From Squalus acanthias (lineage: Eukaryota): 64,000 nucleotides of DNA. Both the position numbers and the translations under genes were made by a program. Shown here piece after piece: positions 50,571 to 63,159 of this stretch. The notes beneath the pieces are model-generated. The model saw nothing but the letters and a program-made list of their open reading frames with translations, was not told the DNA's origin and did no database searches. How positions within the stretch are numbered: position 1 is the first letter of the stretch; every line of letters begins with the position of its first letter. The stretch is from positions 9,052,001 through 9,116,000 of the forward strand of contig CM059433.1 in NCBI GenBank assembly GCA_030390025.1, given 5' to 3'.

Positions 50571-50915
50571 GTACATGCATAAAGTTTGGTACATGCTCCC
50601 AACTGCCCATGGTCTATTGGAAGGAACAGAGTTGGTGGGCAGAAATGTTATTTCTCATTCCATCCTTTCAATGTCTTATGTAATGCAAAACAGATAAAGC
50701 CAGGGACTTCTCCGTAGCTGCTACAATGCTGCAGTGATGGAAAATAAATTACCATCAAGTAAACGAACCACAGGGTTACTGGTAAAGAGGTTTACAATAT
50801 CCTTGGGCCTGCTAGCTTTTGATGAGGTTTGCCCAACTTATTAAACATTAGAAATACATGTAGAAATTAATGCACATAAAACAACTGGAAGGGAATGAAA
50901 CAAAACAGTAATTAT

Positions 50916-51072
50916 AAAAGCAAAATATTGCAGTTGCTGGAAATCTGAAATAAAAATAGAAAATGCTGGAAATACTCAGCAGGTCAGTTAGCATCTGTGG
51001 AGAGAGAAACAGAGTTAATGTTTCAGGATGCTGACCTTCCATCAGAACTATTTGCAGCATTTTCTGTTTTTA
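50916..51072 (-). mobile_element. Solo Penelope pseudo-LTR fragment
   Basis: Homologous to 3335-3436 joined to 4067-4096; degenerate CTGATGG-stem-GAAAC core. Confidence 0.8.
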
Positions 51073-51319
51073 TATTTAAAAAGTAATAATCTTTGGCCCA
51101 ATTAGATCACTTGGCAATGGCGTCTGGCAATTTCTTGAATGTAGTGATCAGTAGATGCTGAAATGTTGGAGGTGGGAGAGCATGGAAAAACAAAAATATT
51201 CTTCTCTCCTGAAGGCAGTGACTCCTAATGGGATACAGTTTTGCAGGTGCTGGCAGTCCACCAGTACTTCAGCCAGGTGGCCATTCTTAATGTGGCACAA
51301 CACAGTTGAGCCAAATTCT

Positions 51320-52115
51320 TTTTTTTTTTTTATTCGTTCCTGGGATGTGGGCAAGACCAGCATTTATTGCCTATCCCTAATTGCCATCGAGAAGGTGACG
51401 GTGAGCTGCCTTCTTGAACCGCTGCAGTCCGTGTGGTGAAGGTACTCCCACAGTGCTGTTAGGGAGGGAGTTCCAGAATTTTGACCCAGCGCCAATGAAG
51501 GAACGGCTGATATATTTCCAAGTCAGGGTGGTGTGTAATTGGAGGGCAACTTGCAGGTGATGGTGTTCCCATGCACCTGCTGCCCTTGTCCTTCTAGGTG
51601 GTAGAGGTCACGGGTTTGGGAGGTGCTGTCGAAGAAGCCTTGGCGAGTTGCTGCAATGCATCTTGTAGATGGTGCACACTGCAGCCACGGTGCGCCGGTG
51701 GTGGAGGGAGTGAATGTTTAAGGTGGTGGATGGGGTGCCAATCAAGCGGGCTGCTTTGTCCTGGATGGTGTCGAGCTTTTTCAGTGTTGTTGGAGCTGCA
51801 CTCATCCAGGCAAGTGGACAGTATTCCATCACACTCCTTACTTGTGCCTTGTAGATGGTGGAAAGGCTTTGGGGAGACAGGAGGTGAGACACTCGCTGCA
51901 GAATACCCATCCTCTCACCTGCTCTTGTTGCCACAGTATTTATGTGGCTGGTCCAGTTAAGTTTCTGGTCAATGGTGACCCCGCGCCCCCCCCAGCATGT
52001 TGATGGTGGGAGGATTCAGCGATGGTAATGCCGTTGCGTGTCAAGGGGCGGTGATTAGACTCGCTCTTGCTGGAGATAGTCATTGCCTGGTACTTGTGTG
52101 GCGCGAATGTTACCA
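51320..52115 (-). mobile_element. Non-LTR retrotransposon 3' end (CR1-group RT C-terminus)
   Basis: IYKAQVRSVMEYC..W..A..T.L..LD.IQ.KA.RLI..SLHHRR; poly(A) tail. Confidence 0.85.
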
Positions 52116-52661
52116 TTCTGTTATTAATTAATGTCTACACATGCATACTTTCCAATACAAGTCATGATGTAGCAGTCAGCAGTGGAAACCCTGGCTGGTT
52201 TGTTCCCTTCTCCCTCCCTGCAATGACTGTAAGAGTGCTGTGGCCAACGTCACCGGCAGTATTAAGGGCAGACCAATTTTGGGTAGGGGACCTGAAACAC
52301 GCATATGCATATGCAAATAAGGAGCCTAATGCCCATTTCAACCGCGGGCCCTGGACACCCTTTCTGCCTTCACCAACATAGTGGGCAGCGCACTTCCGGT
52401 GTGAGATGTATGTGTGCACACCGCTCACCATAGTGCATGCTTCGGCACCAATCAATTTCTAGACCTTGAAGTTTCATTCCTGCTATGGAAAATGTTGATA
52501 TATAATCAAGTGATTACACTAAACCAAATCATGCTTTATCTTTTTAAAATGGGTTGAATATAAAATATGATCTGCATGTGAATATTGTTTAAATATAATC
52601 TTTCTATTTCATAAGTTTACATCATTCTGAAAACAAAACCCTTCTCATAACAGATTCATAC

Positions 52662-52813
52662 CTTGCGTAGCTTCAGTCTTGAAGACTCTAAAAAGTCTTG
52701 TTGCCAGAAAACCAAACTCTCTTTCACAAGCATCAGAAAGAGTTGCAATCATCTCAGCCATTGATGTTTCTCCACCAACACTAGACAGCCTGTTATAGTC
52801 TGTGAAAAGAAAT
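52662..52813 (-). CDS. KIDINS220: KIDINS220 coding exon ([50 protein letters not shown])
   Basis: Within ORF 52645..52863; acceptor aaag|A, donor G|gtatga; 152 nt, phase 2-1. Confidence 0.95.
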
Positions 52814-53210
52814 CTTTTAAACAGAAAAGGGAAAGTTTTAAAAATGAAATTCCATAAATTCACTAAAGCACCGAGGACAATGCTGACTTACAAGAGTTTA
52901 ATACATAAAGTATTAACGTGCATTTGAATTATTTCAAAAATAAATGCTTAATTTTAAATCGGAAATCAGTAAATAGAGTGAAAAATTGCACATATAAATA
53001 AAGTGGAAAGTCAAAAGATAATTATTAAGATGATCCTGGAAAATAAAAGATTCCCTACTTTTAGTATAGCGTGTCTGATTCTTTAACTGCAGTTTATCCC
53101 GCACATAGTTCTAGACAACCTCAGCCAGTGGGAGAAAATCACTGGGACAATGTTCCTCTCAGTAATATACTTTGAAGTCATGAGATCTTCCCTTACTCAC
53201 ATACTGCACA

Positions 53211-56200
53211 AACATAGAAACATAGAAGATAGGAGCAGGAGTAGGCCATTCGACCCCTCGAGCCTGCTCCGCCATTCGATGAGATCATGGCTGATCATCC
53301 AAACTCAGTACCCTGTACCTGCCTTCTCCCCATATCCCTTGATACCTTTAGCTTTAAGAAATATATCTAACTCATTCTTGAATATATTTCATGACTTGGC
53401 CTCAACTACCTTCTGTGGTAGAGAATTCCACAGGTTCACCACTCTCTGGGTGAAGAAATTCTTCCTCATTTCTGTCCTAAATGGCTTACCCCTTATCCTT
53501 AGATTATGACCCCTGGTTCTGGACTCTCCGACCATCGGGAACATTCTTCCTGCATCTAGTTTGTCCAGACCTGTCAGAATTTTATATGTTTCGATGAGAT
53601 CCCCTCTCATTCTTCTATACTCCAGCGAGTATAAGCCCAATCGACCCAATCTCTCCTCATATGTCATTCCTGCCATCCCAGGTATCAGCCTTGTGAATCT
53701 TCGCTGAACTCCTTCCATGGCAAGAACATCCTTCCTCAGATAAGGCGACCAAAACTGCACACAGTACTCAAGGTGTGGTCTCACCAAGGCCCTGTACAAC
53801 TGCAGCAGGACATCCCTGTTCCTATACTCAAACCCTTTCGCTATGAAGGCCAACATACCATTTGCTCACCTGCATGCTTACCTTCAGCGACTGGTGCACA
53901 AGGACACCCAGGTCTCGTTGCACTTCCCCTTCTCCCAATCTATTGCCATTCAGATAATAGTCTGCCTTTCTGTTTTAGTCACCAAAGTGGATAACCTCGC
54001 ATTTATCCACGTTATATTGCATCTGCCATGCTTCTGCCCACTCACCCAACCTGTCCAAATCATCCTGGAGTTTCTCAGTATCCTCCTCGGAGCACACACG
54101 CCCACCCAGCTTTGTCTCATCTGCAAACTTGGAGATATTACATTTAGTTCCCTTATCTAGATCATTAATGTATATTGTGAATACTGGGGTCCAAGGACCG
54201 AACCCTGCGGTACCCAACTAGTCACTGCCTGCCACTCGGAAAAAGACCCATTAATTCCTACTCTCTGCTTTCTGTCCGCCAACCAGTTCTCTATCCAAGT
54301 CAATACCTTGCCCCCAATCCCATGTGCCTTAACTGTATACGCTAATCTCTTATGCGGGACCTTATCGAAAGCCTTTTGAAAGTCCAAATACACCACATCT
54401 ACTGGTTCTCCCTTATCTATTTTCCCAGTTACATCCTCAAAAAATTCCAGTAGATTAGTCAAGCACGATTTACCTTTTGTAAATCCATGTTGACTTTGTC
54501 CGATCCTGTCACTGTTTTTCAAGTGTTCAGCTATTACATCCTTTATAATGGACTCTAGCATTTTCCCCACTACCGATGTCAGGCTTACCGGTCTGTAATT
54601 CCCCGCTTTCTCTCTACCACCCTTTTTGAATAGCGGGGTAACATTAGCTACCCTCCAATCAATGGGTACAGTTCCAGATTCCATCGAATGTTGGAAGATG
54701 ATCAGCAATGCATCTACTTTTTCGAGGGCCACTTCCTTAAGTACCCTAGGATGTAGATTATCAGGCCCTGGAGATTTATCGGCCTTCAATCCCGTCAATT
54801 TCCCTAACAATACTGATTTCTTTCAGTTCCTCCCTTTCATCAGACCCTATGTTCTCCAACATCTCTGGGAGGTTATTTGTGTCCTCCTTTGTGAAGACAG
54901 AACCAAAATATGCATTTAATTGGTCTGCCATTTCTTTGTTCCCCATTATAACTTCCCCCGCTTCTGACTGCAAGGGACCTACACTTGATTTCACTAATAT
55001 TTTTCTCTTCACATATCTATAAAAGCTCTTAGTCAGTTTTTATGTTCCCTGCAAGCTTACTTTCATATTCTATTTTCCCCTTCTTAATTAATTCCTTTGT
55101 CCTCCTTTGTTGAATCCTAAACTGCTCCCAATCCTCAGGGTTACCACTTTTTCTGGCCAATTTATATGCCCTCTCCTTGGATCTTATGCTATCCCTAATT
55201 TCCCTTGTTAGCCATGGTTGAGTCACCCTTTTTGTTTTATTCTTATGCCACACTGGGATGAACAAATTCTGTAGTTCATCCATGCAGTCTTTGAATGTTT
55301 GCCATTGCCTATCCACCGTCAACCCTTTGAGTGACATTCCCCAATCAATCCTACCCAATTCGCGCCTCATACCATCGTAGTTTCCTTTATTTAAATTCAG
55401 GACCCTAGTCTCTGATTCAACTACTTCACTCTCCATCCTAATGAAGAATTCTATCATATTATGATCACTCTGACCCAAGGGGCCTCGTACAACAAGATTG
55501 CTAATTAATCCTTTCTCGTTACATAATACCCAGTCTAAGATGGCCTGATCTCTGGTTGGTTCCTCGACATATTGTTCCAGAAAACCATCCCGTAAACATT
55601 CTAGGAATTCCTCCTCCACAGTATTTTTACTAATTTGGTTAGCCCAATCTATATGTAAATTAAAGTCACCCATGATGACTGCTGTGCCCTTACTGCATGC
55701 TTCTCTAATTTCCCTTTTAATGCCGTCCCCAACCTCCGTATTACTGTTTGGAGGTCTATATACCACTCCCACTAACGTTTTCTGCCCCTTGGTATTTCTC
55801 AGTTCTACCCATACAGATTCCGCATCATCAGAGCTAATATCCTTCCTTTCAATTGTGTTAATCCCCTCTTTAACCAGCAATGCTACCCCACCTCCCTTTC
55901 TTTTTTGCCTATCTTTCCTAAATATTGAATACCCCTGGATGTGGAGTTCCCAGCCTTGGCCACCCTGGAGCCATGTTTCTGTAATCCCAATCAAATCGTA
56001 TTCATTTACGTCTATTTGCGCAGCTAATTCATCCACCTTGTTCCGAATGCTCCTTGCATTAAGACACAAAGCCTTCAGGCTTGTTTTTTTAATGCTCTCA
56101 GACCTATATGAATTATTATTTACTGTGACCATGTTTGATTTAAACCAATGAGTTCTTTGCCTTCTACTTTTGTTTTTCTCCTTCCTGTCTTTTGCTTTTA

Positions 56201-56280
56201 TCCTTGTTTCCCTTTCCTGTGTCTCCCTGCTCAGGTTCCCAACCCCCTGCTACTTTAGTTTAAACCCTCCCCCAGCCCCC
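53211..56280 (-). mobile_element. Young CR1/HER1-like LINE with nearly complete, frameshifted ORF2 (endonuclease plus RT)
   Basis: Consecutive ORFs 55029-56132 (APE), 54776-55012, 54157-54810, 53975-54217, 53389-53856 (RT); (ttctatgt)n tail; possible TSD gcacaa. Confidence 0.95.
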
Positions 56281-57454
56281 CAGCACAAGAGCGTGCCCAC
56301 AGAGTATTCATCAGTAAAAGTAGCCTGAGTATAAAGCTTTGTTTATACAGCAGGATAGACAAATTCATCAACATGAAATAATGTCCAAATGTTCGAAAAA
56401 CAATGAGATGAGGAAGATGGGAGAAGGTAATGGCCTGTTTCTGTATAGAATTTCTATGTATTTTTGTGCATGTAGAGGATAAATTATATTCAAAAAATGA
56501 AGGAAGATCATACCAGTAGTATGCAAATCTTTTTTCGTCATTAATTTATTCTTCATGTAGCTCAGGAGCACAAATCATAGAAAAGCCAAAGAATGACTTA
56601 ACTATGATTGAATGTAAAGATCTTCCTTAAGAGGCAATCGGTCAACATAAGCATCTTCTTAGGAAGATAAATTGAACTTAATAAAAAGGTGCCAATACAC
56701 AAACGCACTGCACCAAAACAAAACAGACTTTCAGTTCTTGCGGTGAAGATTGCAAGCTTTCTTCAGTCTATTCTCCAAAGGGGATTCTTTACCTCACGAG
56801 GAAACACTGAGTTATATCCAATTTGCCTATGGGAAATTTGGTAAGTCACTGGATAGCATTGCACCCCCACAGCATTAAATCACCAGCAGTGCATGACCAA
56901 AGTAATTTCACAAATGTTATATTACCATTCACTAGCATAAATAACTTTCCTATCCTGCCAAAATAACTGTTTGAGCTACTTGCTAGTGGATAAATGTGCC
57001 CAGTGAATCTGATATACAGCTGCTCAAGAACTACACTCCCCTTTGTACACTCCAAGAGGTACAGGGCTGTTAATGTATTTCAGTGGGGAATCTGCAAGTA
57101 AATTGTGCTTCTTCAGTGATCACTGTGACTCTGAAGCTTCCACCATAGGAATTGGCTGAAACTCTTGTAAATTGAATCCATGATTCAGGACCACGTTGAC
57201 AACCGCCACCAACATTCTCAGCTCATTTAGGTCGTCTGCAGCACAGCTGATGGCTGAGCATCAGTTGGGGAAACTACAGTCCCAAGGCTCCCAACATCTG
57301 TATTCTTACCCTGGAAAGATTTTTCAGCAAATAGTTCAGCACCACAAGGAATTGGAGCTTCCTCAGTGCACGGTCTAGTTCATGCCAGTTATTTTTTCAT
57401 GCCAGTTCCTAGAAAAACTCTCTCCCTGGTTATACAACATAATGCAGCATGTAT

Positions 57455-57720
57455 GCGCTCCTGTTAGCTCAGTGGGATTAATGCCACAAGTGCCCGAGTA
57501 ATACGCGCCATGGAAGTCTCGGGTTCAATCCCCATTAGGAATGAGAAAATGACCAGGGTCCCCAATCCAGATCGCTATCCAGTTATCCCTGCCGGAAGCA
57601 TATGTGTGCAAATATTGGACGAGAGCAGCGCTGTGACATCCCTCCAACCCATGGGGGAATAGCCTGCTGACACACCCTCATTAGCATGGTCTGGGCACCC
57701 TTCCAGCACAGGACCGGAGC
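57455..57720 (+). mobile_element. Old tRNA-derived SINE (LF-SINE-like); related minus-strand copy near 40330-40735
   Basis: tagctcagtgg A box, gggttcaatccc B box, gatcgctatccagttatccctgccggaag core. Confidence 0.45.
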
Positions 57721-58050
57721 TGGTGAATCTTTAGGAACATCCATCTAATTTTTTTTTTTAAGATTTGGACTAAAAACCCATTTCAGTTTGAAAATACATC
57801 AGTGTGCTGCTGTGCATTACGCTGCCAAAACATCTTAAAAAAAGACAGGAAATTTAACAATTTGGAGCTCTAAAGAACAGACTTGGAACTTGAATTTCCT
57901 TGGTCCAGTGAATTTCCCTCAACTGGATAATGGCAGGTGGAGAGTAAATGAGCAAAAGAGGTGGGCAATTATTTTGAAAAAGTTATGAAAAGCTCAGGAC
58001 TGAGAAAGGATAGAAAGCATTCTTAAATGGCTTTTAAAATTGACCATTAC

Positions 58051-58216
58051 CTGACAGGCAAGGCTCTGGAAGTCTGTTCTGGTAGTTCGGGTGGGTTTAC
58101 AAAAATCAATTTAAGCAGCAGCTCCAGGTAGCTGATTTGCCGAGCAAGCTTAGCACTCAATACCCAGGCCCAATTCCAATTTTCTCCCTCTTGTCGACCA
58201 CCAAAGTATATAATTG
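58051..58216 (-). CDS. KIDINS220: KIDINS220 coding exon ([56 protein letters not shown])
   Basis: Hand translation (not in ORF track); acceptor tccaaag|CA, donor AG|gtaatg; 166 nt, phase 1-2. Confidence 0.95.
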
Positions 58217-58664
58217 CTTTGGAAATTAAAAATAAAAATTAAGTTAGTGTACTGCAATATGACGAACCAAGTTAGTATTAAGAAGATAACCTGCATTGTA
58301 GGGTGATCTTCGCCCTTGTAAGGAACATCATCCAAACAACACTGGATGGAGTAGTCAGACTTTCACTGAAAAATTACATATTAGGAACAAACATAGGAAC
58401 AGGAGTAGGCCATTTCCACCGCTGAGATCATGGCTGATCTGTGACCATACTCCATATACTCTTTCAAACCATAACCTTTTAACATATTTGGTGGTCATTC
58501 TGCCAAGATGTCACCATATGACCCTTCCTGCTCTCAGGCAGCATACAAGGGCAAACACCATTTGAAATGCCATGGCCCAACAGGCAAGAGAGAGGGCAAG
58601 GAGGTTTTCAGATGCGGCACTGGAATCCTTGGTCCTGGGGGGGTTCAAAGATGCCGTCAGTTAC

Positions 58665-59116
58665 GGGCAATACGGTGGCATAGTGGTTAGCACTGGTGCC
58701 TCACAGCGCCAGGGACCCGGGTTCGAATCTGGCCTCGGGTGACTGTTTGTGTGGAGTTTGCACATTCTCCCCGTGTCTGCGTGGGTTTCCTCCGGGTGCT
58801 CCGGTTTCCTCCCACAATCCAAAAATGTGCGGGTTAGGTTGATTTGGCTATGATAAATTGACCCTTAGTGTTAGGGGGGGGATTAAATATGTGGGGTTAC
58901 GGGGATAGGATAGGAAGGGATATGTTAGGGGGAATTAAATACGTGGGGTTACGGGGATAGGGTGGGATATGTGTCAGTGCAGGTTCGATGGGGATTCTGT
59001 GAGAAAGCAGGGACAGGGTACTGGATTTGGATGATCAGCCATGATCGTATTGAATGGTGGAGCAGGCTCGACGGGCCGAATGGCCTACTCCTGCTCCTAG
59101 TTTCTATGTTTCTATG
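58665..59116 (+). mobile_element. HE1-like tRNA-derived shark SINE
   Basis: Nearly identical to 17915-18345. Confidence 0.85.
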
Positions 59117-59224
59117 TCAGGTCCTCTACCCACAGCGGGACAGGAGGCCTACCAGGCAAAATGCCAGAAGGATGTTTTGGGGGGGGGGGAGAGAGGAGAG
59201 AAAGAGATATCGCAAGCTGTTGAT

Positions 59225-60420
59225 TCCATAATCCTGAATACCCTTGCCTAACAAAAATCGATCATTCTCAGTTTTGAAATTTTCAATTGGCCTAGTCTCA
59301 ACTGCTTTTTGGGAGAGAGAATTCCAGATTTCTACTACCCTTTGTGTGAAGAAATGCTTTCTGACATCACCCCTGAACGATCTAGCTCTAATTTTAAGGT
59401 TATGCCCCCTTGCTATGGACTTTCCCACCAGAGGAAATAGTTTCTCTCTATCGACCCATCAAATCCTTTAATTAGATCACCCCTTAATCTTCTATAATTA
59501 GATCACCCCTTAATCTTCTATAATTAGATCACCCCTTAATCTTCTATAATTAGATCACCCCTTAATCTTCTATACTCAAGGGAATACAAGCCTCGTCTAT
59601 GCAACCAGTTCTCATAAATTAACCCTTTTAGCCTCAGTATCACACTGATGAATCTGCACTGCACCTCCTCCAATGGCAATATATCCCTCCCAAGGTGCAG
59701 TGCCCAGAATTTAATGCAGTATTCCAGATGGGGTCTAACCTGAGCTCTGAACAGCTGTAACATCACTTCCACCCCTTGCGAGATAAAGACCAACATTCCA
59801 TTAGCCCTTTTAATTATTTTTGCACCTGTCCACTAACTTTTAGTGATCTCTGTACTTGGATCCCTAAATCTCTCTGCTCCTCCACAGTTCCAAGCTTCTT
59901 GCAATTTAGAAAATACTCTGATCCATCTTTCTTTCTTCAGTCCAAAGTGGATGACCTCACTCTTTCCCCACACTGAGCTCCATCTGCCACAGTTCTGCCC
60001 ACTCACTTAATCTATTAATATCCATTTGCAACTTTCTGCTCCCATCCACACAACTTACTATGCCTCCCAACTTAGTGTCATCTGCAAACTTGGATAACCA
60101 ACCCTGTATTCATTCATCCAAGTCATTTATAATTATAGTTAAAAGCTGTGGCCCCAGTACAGATCCCTGGGGGACACCACTAGTCACATCCTGCCAACTT
60201 GAGGACATACCCATTATCCCTACTCTCTGTCTCCTACCTCCTAACCAATTCTCTATCCAAGCCAACAGATTGCCTCCAATTCCATACACTCTCATTTGTT
60301 AGGTTTTTTACGTGGAACCTTGTCGAATGCCTTCGGGAAGTTCATATAAATAGCATCCCTTACCTACCACGTTAGTTATCTCCTCAAAAAATTAAACTAG
60401 GTTCATTAAACATGACAGAG
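59225..60420 (-). mobile_element. CR1 LINE 3' fragment
   Basis: [38 protein letters not shown]. Confidence 0.9.
59469..59572. repeat. Perfect tandem repeat, 4 x 26 bp (taattagatcaccccttaatcttcta)
   Basis: Four exact units read directly. Confidence 0.95.
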
Positions 60421-61314
60421 ATGCAGAAAATTGTGCAAACGCCATATAGTTTTTTTCTATAATCTTTACTTCATTCCAAAGCGACGACTGGACTTCATGT
60501 AGCAAGCAGGAATAGCACCCACCTATGTACCAACATCATATGGTGAAGTCTTACAGATTATCCCACTGTGCAAGAAATAAATTGTGACCTTTTAAACTCT
60601 TGTGTACAGAACCAATCTTTGTTTTCTAAGTATATGTGCCATCAGCACCTTGTGATTTTCTTGTGTGTAAATTATTTTACTTGTAAATGAATATTAGTTT
60701 TAGGCTGAACGTAATGTGTGACATTATGGTATTTACTGCCTTTTGGAATAGACAAGAGAGCATGCTGAGCATCCCACTACCTTGTCTCCAGTGCTTTACA
60801 CCGTAATTAAAGTAGAACAGTTAGTCCTGTGGCATGCTATCCTATTCACAGGATGCCTAAAGACACAGGTTTTTGTCCAAACAAGTCTTTTTGCGATGAA
60901 TTGTTAAAAAAAAAATTGGAAGAAAGCTCAAATCACACAATTATGTCGAGAAACTAACCAATTTTGCATCATTGCTGGTAGGTGTAGCAATATTAGAACA
61001 GACTTATCAGTAAGTGTTTTTTTTTAAACTTACTTCTGTAATTTCCTTGCTCTTGGGGGCTTACTTGTTTCAAGTGTTATAATATTTGTACTCAAATTCT
61101 CATATTCTTTATGTTGCAGGATACCATAGTTTCATCTCTGATATTATTAAACAAGCCATATATCACATGGCTTAAATGTCCTCAACTCAAATTAAATATC
61201 TTAACCTCATCACCACCACCGCCTCCTCCCCCACCCCACCCCCGAGTACTCGTACCCTTGGTACCAATGAAAGAGGTCTACTGCATTCAGAACTCCTCTG
61301 GATACTAGGACAAC

Positions 61315-61530
61315 AGTGAGAAGTCGCACAACACCAGGTTATAGTCCAACAGTTTTATTTGAAATCACAAGCTTTCGGAGCTGCTGCTCCTTCGTCAGGT
61401 GAAGTGAAGGACTTCAGCAGCTCCGAAAGCTTGTGATTTCAAATAAAACTGTTGGACTATAACCTGGTGTTGTGCGACTTCTCACTTTTGTCCACCCCAG
61501 TCCAACACCGGCATCTCCGCATCATGGCTC
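61315..61530. mobile_element. Fold-back Penelope-derived mini-element with hammerhead (second copy)
   Basis: Palindrome 61315-61486 plus the same tail as copy 1; 10-bp TSD ctaggacaac; intact hammerhead on the minus strand. Confidence 0.85.
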
Positions 61531-61967
61531 CTAGGACAACGCCACAGCAATATTCCCTTTAATTTTCTTTTTGTGGGGCTGCGCAGCCCATTCAAAATAC
61601 CACGCAGGCGCGGTTTCCCCCATTTAAAAGCCGGTGAGCCGGCTGCGTGGGAGCTCAAGAGTGCTGCGCAGCGGCTTAAAGGGAGCATTGCTCCGCAGCA
61701 CTTCCTTTTGTAACGCATGAGACCAAAGGAATAAGCAGCAGCAGCTGAAGCACGATATCAGCAACGGAGGGGTTTGTGAGGAGGGAGAGGAAAATAAATC
61801 GGAGAAAAAGTGAAGCTGAAAAAGAAAAAAAGTAAAACGCATTGCTCCTATACAGGAATACTTCCATTTCAAGCCCCATCAATTGCAAGACGATAAAATT
61901 GGTATCTGATCACCAGCAGCACTAATAGACAACAGATATATGTTTTTATACAATAAGTTACACGTAC

Positions 61968-62147
61968 CAAAGAAGATGTAAATAAGCGCCAGTAAACTCA
62001 GTCCAACTGCTATACCAAGCTTCAGATCAACTGCGAAGCCAAGAAGTACTCCTGTTCCTCCACATATCAAGAGTGTAATGAACACCACCAGCCAAGAGAA
62101 CTGGAAAAGGGGTTCCACCTGCTGACCAGCAAATGTCTTCATTTCAT
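61968..62147 (-). CDS. KIDINS220: KIDINS220 coding exon ([19 protein letters not shown]...YIFF; first transmembrane pair)
   Basis: Translation matches recalled vertebrate KIDINS220; acceptor ctcttag|AT, donor G|gtacgt; 180 nt, phase 1-1. Confidence 0.95.
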
Positions 62148-62687
62148 CTAAGAGTAAGAGTGAAACATTAGCTTGCTCGACAGAAAATTAGTGCAAGTAA
62201 ATTATTCACTATAACATGTTTATTCCTCATTTCATGCATCTGAGGCTGAAAACAAACTGATTAAAAAAAAAAAATCTATATCCAAGAAAGGCTCACACAT
62301 ATTTGTGATCCTTCTTCTGGTGCCCAATATTCTTAAAGCAAACATTAAACATCAATATTCCCAGTATTTTAATTTTCCAGCTGCCTATCAGCATGTGGGG
62401 CAAATGGTGACCCTGTTGCTGTGCTTGCTTTTGAAGCATGTGGCTCTGGAGTTCATCACTTGCCGGTTTGAAGTCAATGCAGTCAGTCCAGGGCCCTTCC
62501 AGTAACTGACATCACCAGAGCAGCCCAGCATGGAGGGAAACCCTATTCTGGGCATTTCCACAAAAACAGGGCAGTATTTGGTTTTTTTTTAAGTCAAACA
62601 AATTTCAGGTTAGTTTATTTTCATTTTCTTCTGTAAAAGGGGGAATACGTTCAATAAGTAGCATCTCCCTCAGAACTTAGGTTTTAG

Positions 62688-63150
62688 GTGTCAGCTGTGG
62701 CTCAGTGGGGAGCACGCTTGCCTCTGAGTCAGAAGGTTGTGGTTTGAGTCCCACTCCAGGGAGTTCAGCACAGAAATCTTGGCCCACACTCCAGTGCAGT
62801 GCTAAGGGAGCACTGCACTGTCGGAGGTGCGGCCTTTCGAATGAGACGTTAAACCGAGGCCCCGTCTGCTCTCAGGTGGACGTAAAAGATCCCATGGCAC
62901 TATTTCGAAGAGGAGCAGGGGTGTCGTGGGGCCAATATTTATCCCTCAATCAACATAACAAAAAACAGATTATCTGGTTCATTATCACATTGCTGTTTGT
63001 GGGAGCTTGCTGTGTGCAAATTGGCTGCCGCGTTTCCTACATTACAACAGTGACTAAACTCCAAAAGTACTTCATTGGCTGTAAAGCGCTTTGAGACGTC
63101 CGGTGGTCGTGAAAGGCGCTATATAAATGTAAGTCTTTCTTTTCTTCTTT
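62688..63150 (+). mobile_element. SacSINE1-like (Deu-domain) tRNA SINE, well preserved
   Basis: tggctcagtgg A box, gtttgagtccc B box, gtggacgtaaaagatcccatggcacta core, gcgctatataaatg tail. Confidence 0.8.
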
Positions 63151-63159
63151 TTTCTTCCA

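Noticed and set aside
53211-56280. Active autonomous LINE
   Set aside because: ORF2 is split by several frameshifts and internal deletions, and ORF1 is absent.
59469-59572. CRISPR-like repeat array
   Set aside because: Units are contiguous with no spacers and derive from CR1 sequence in a vertebrate intron.
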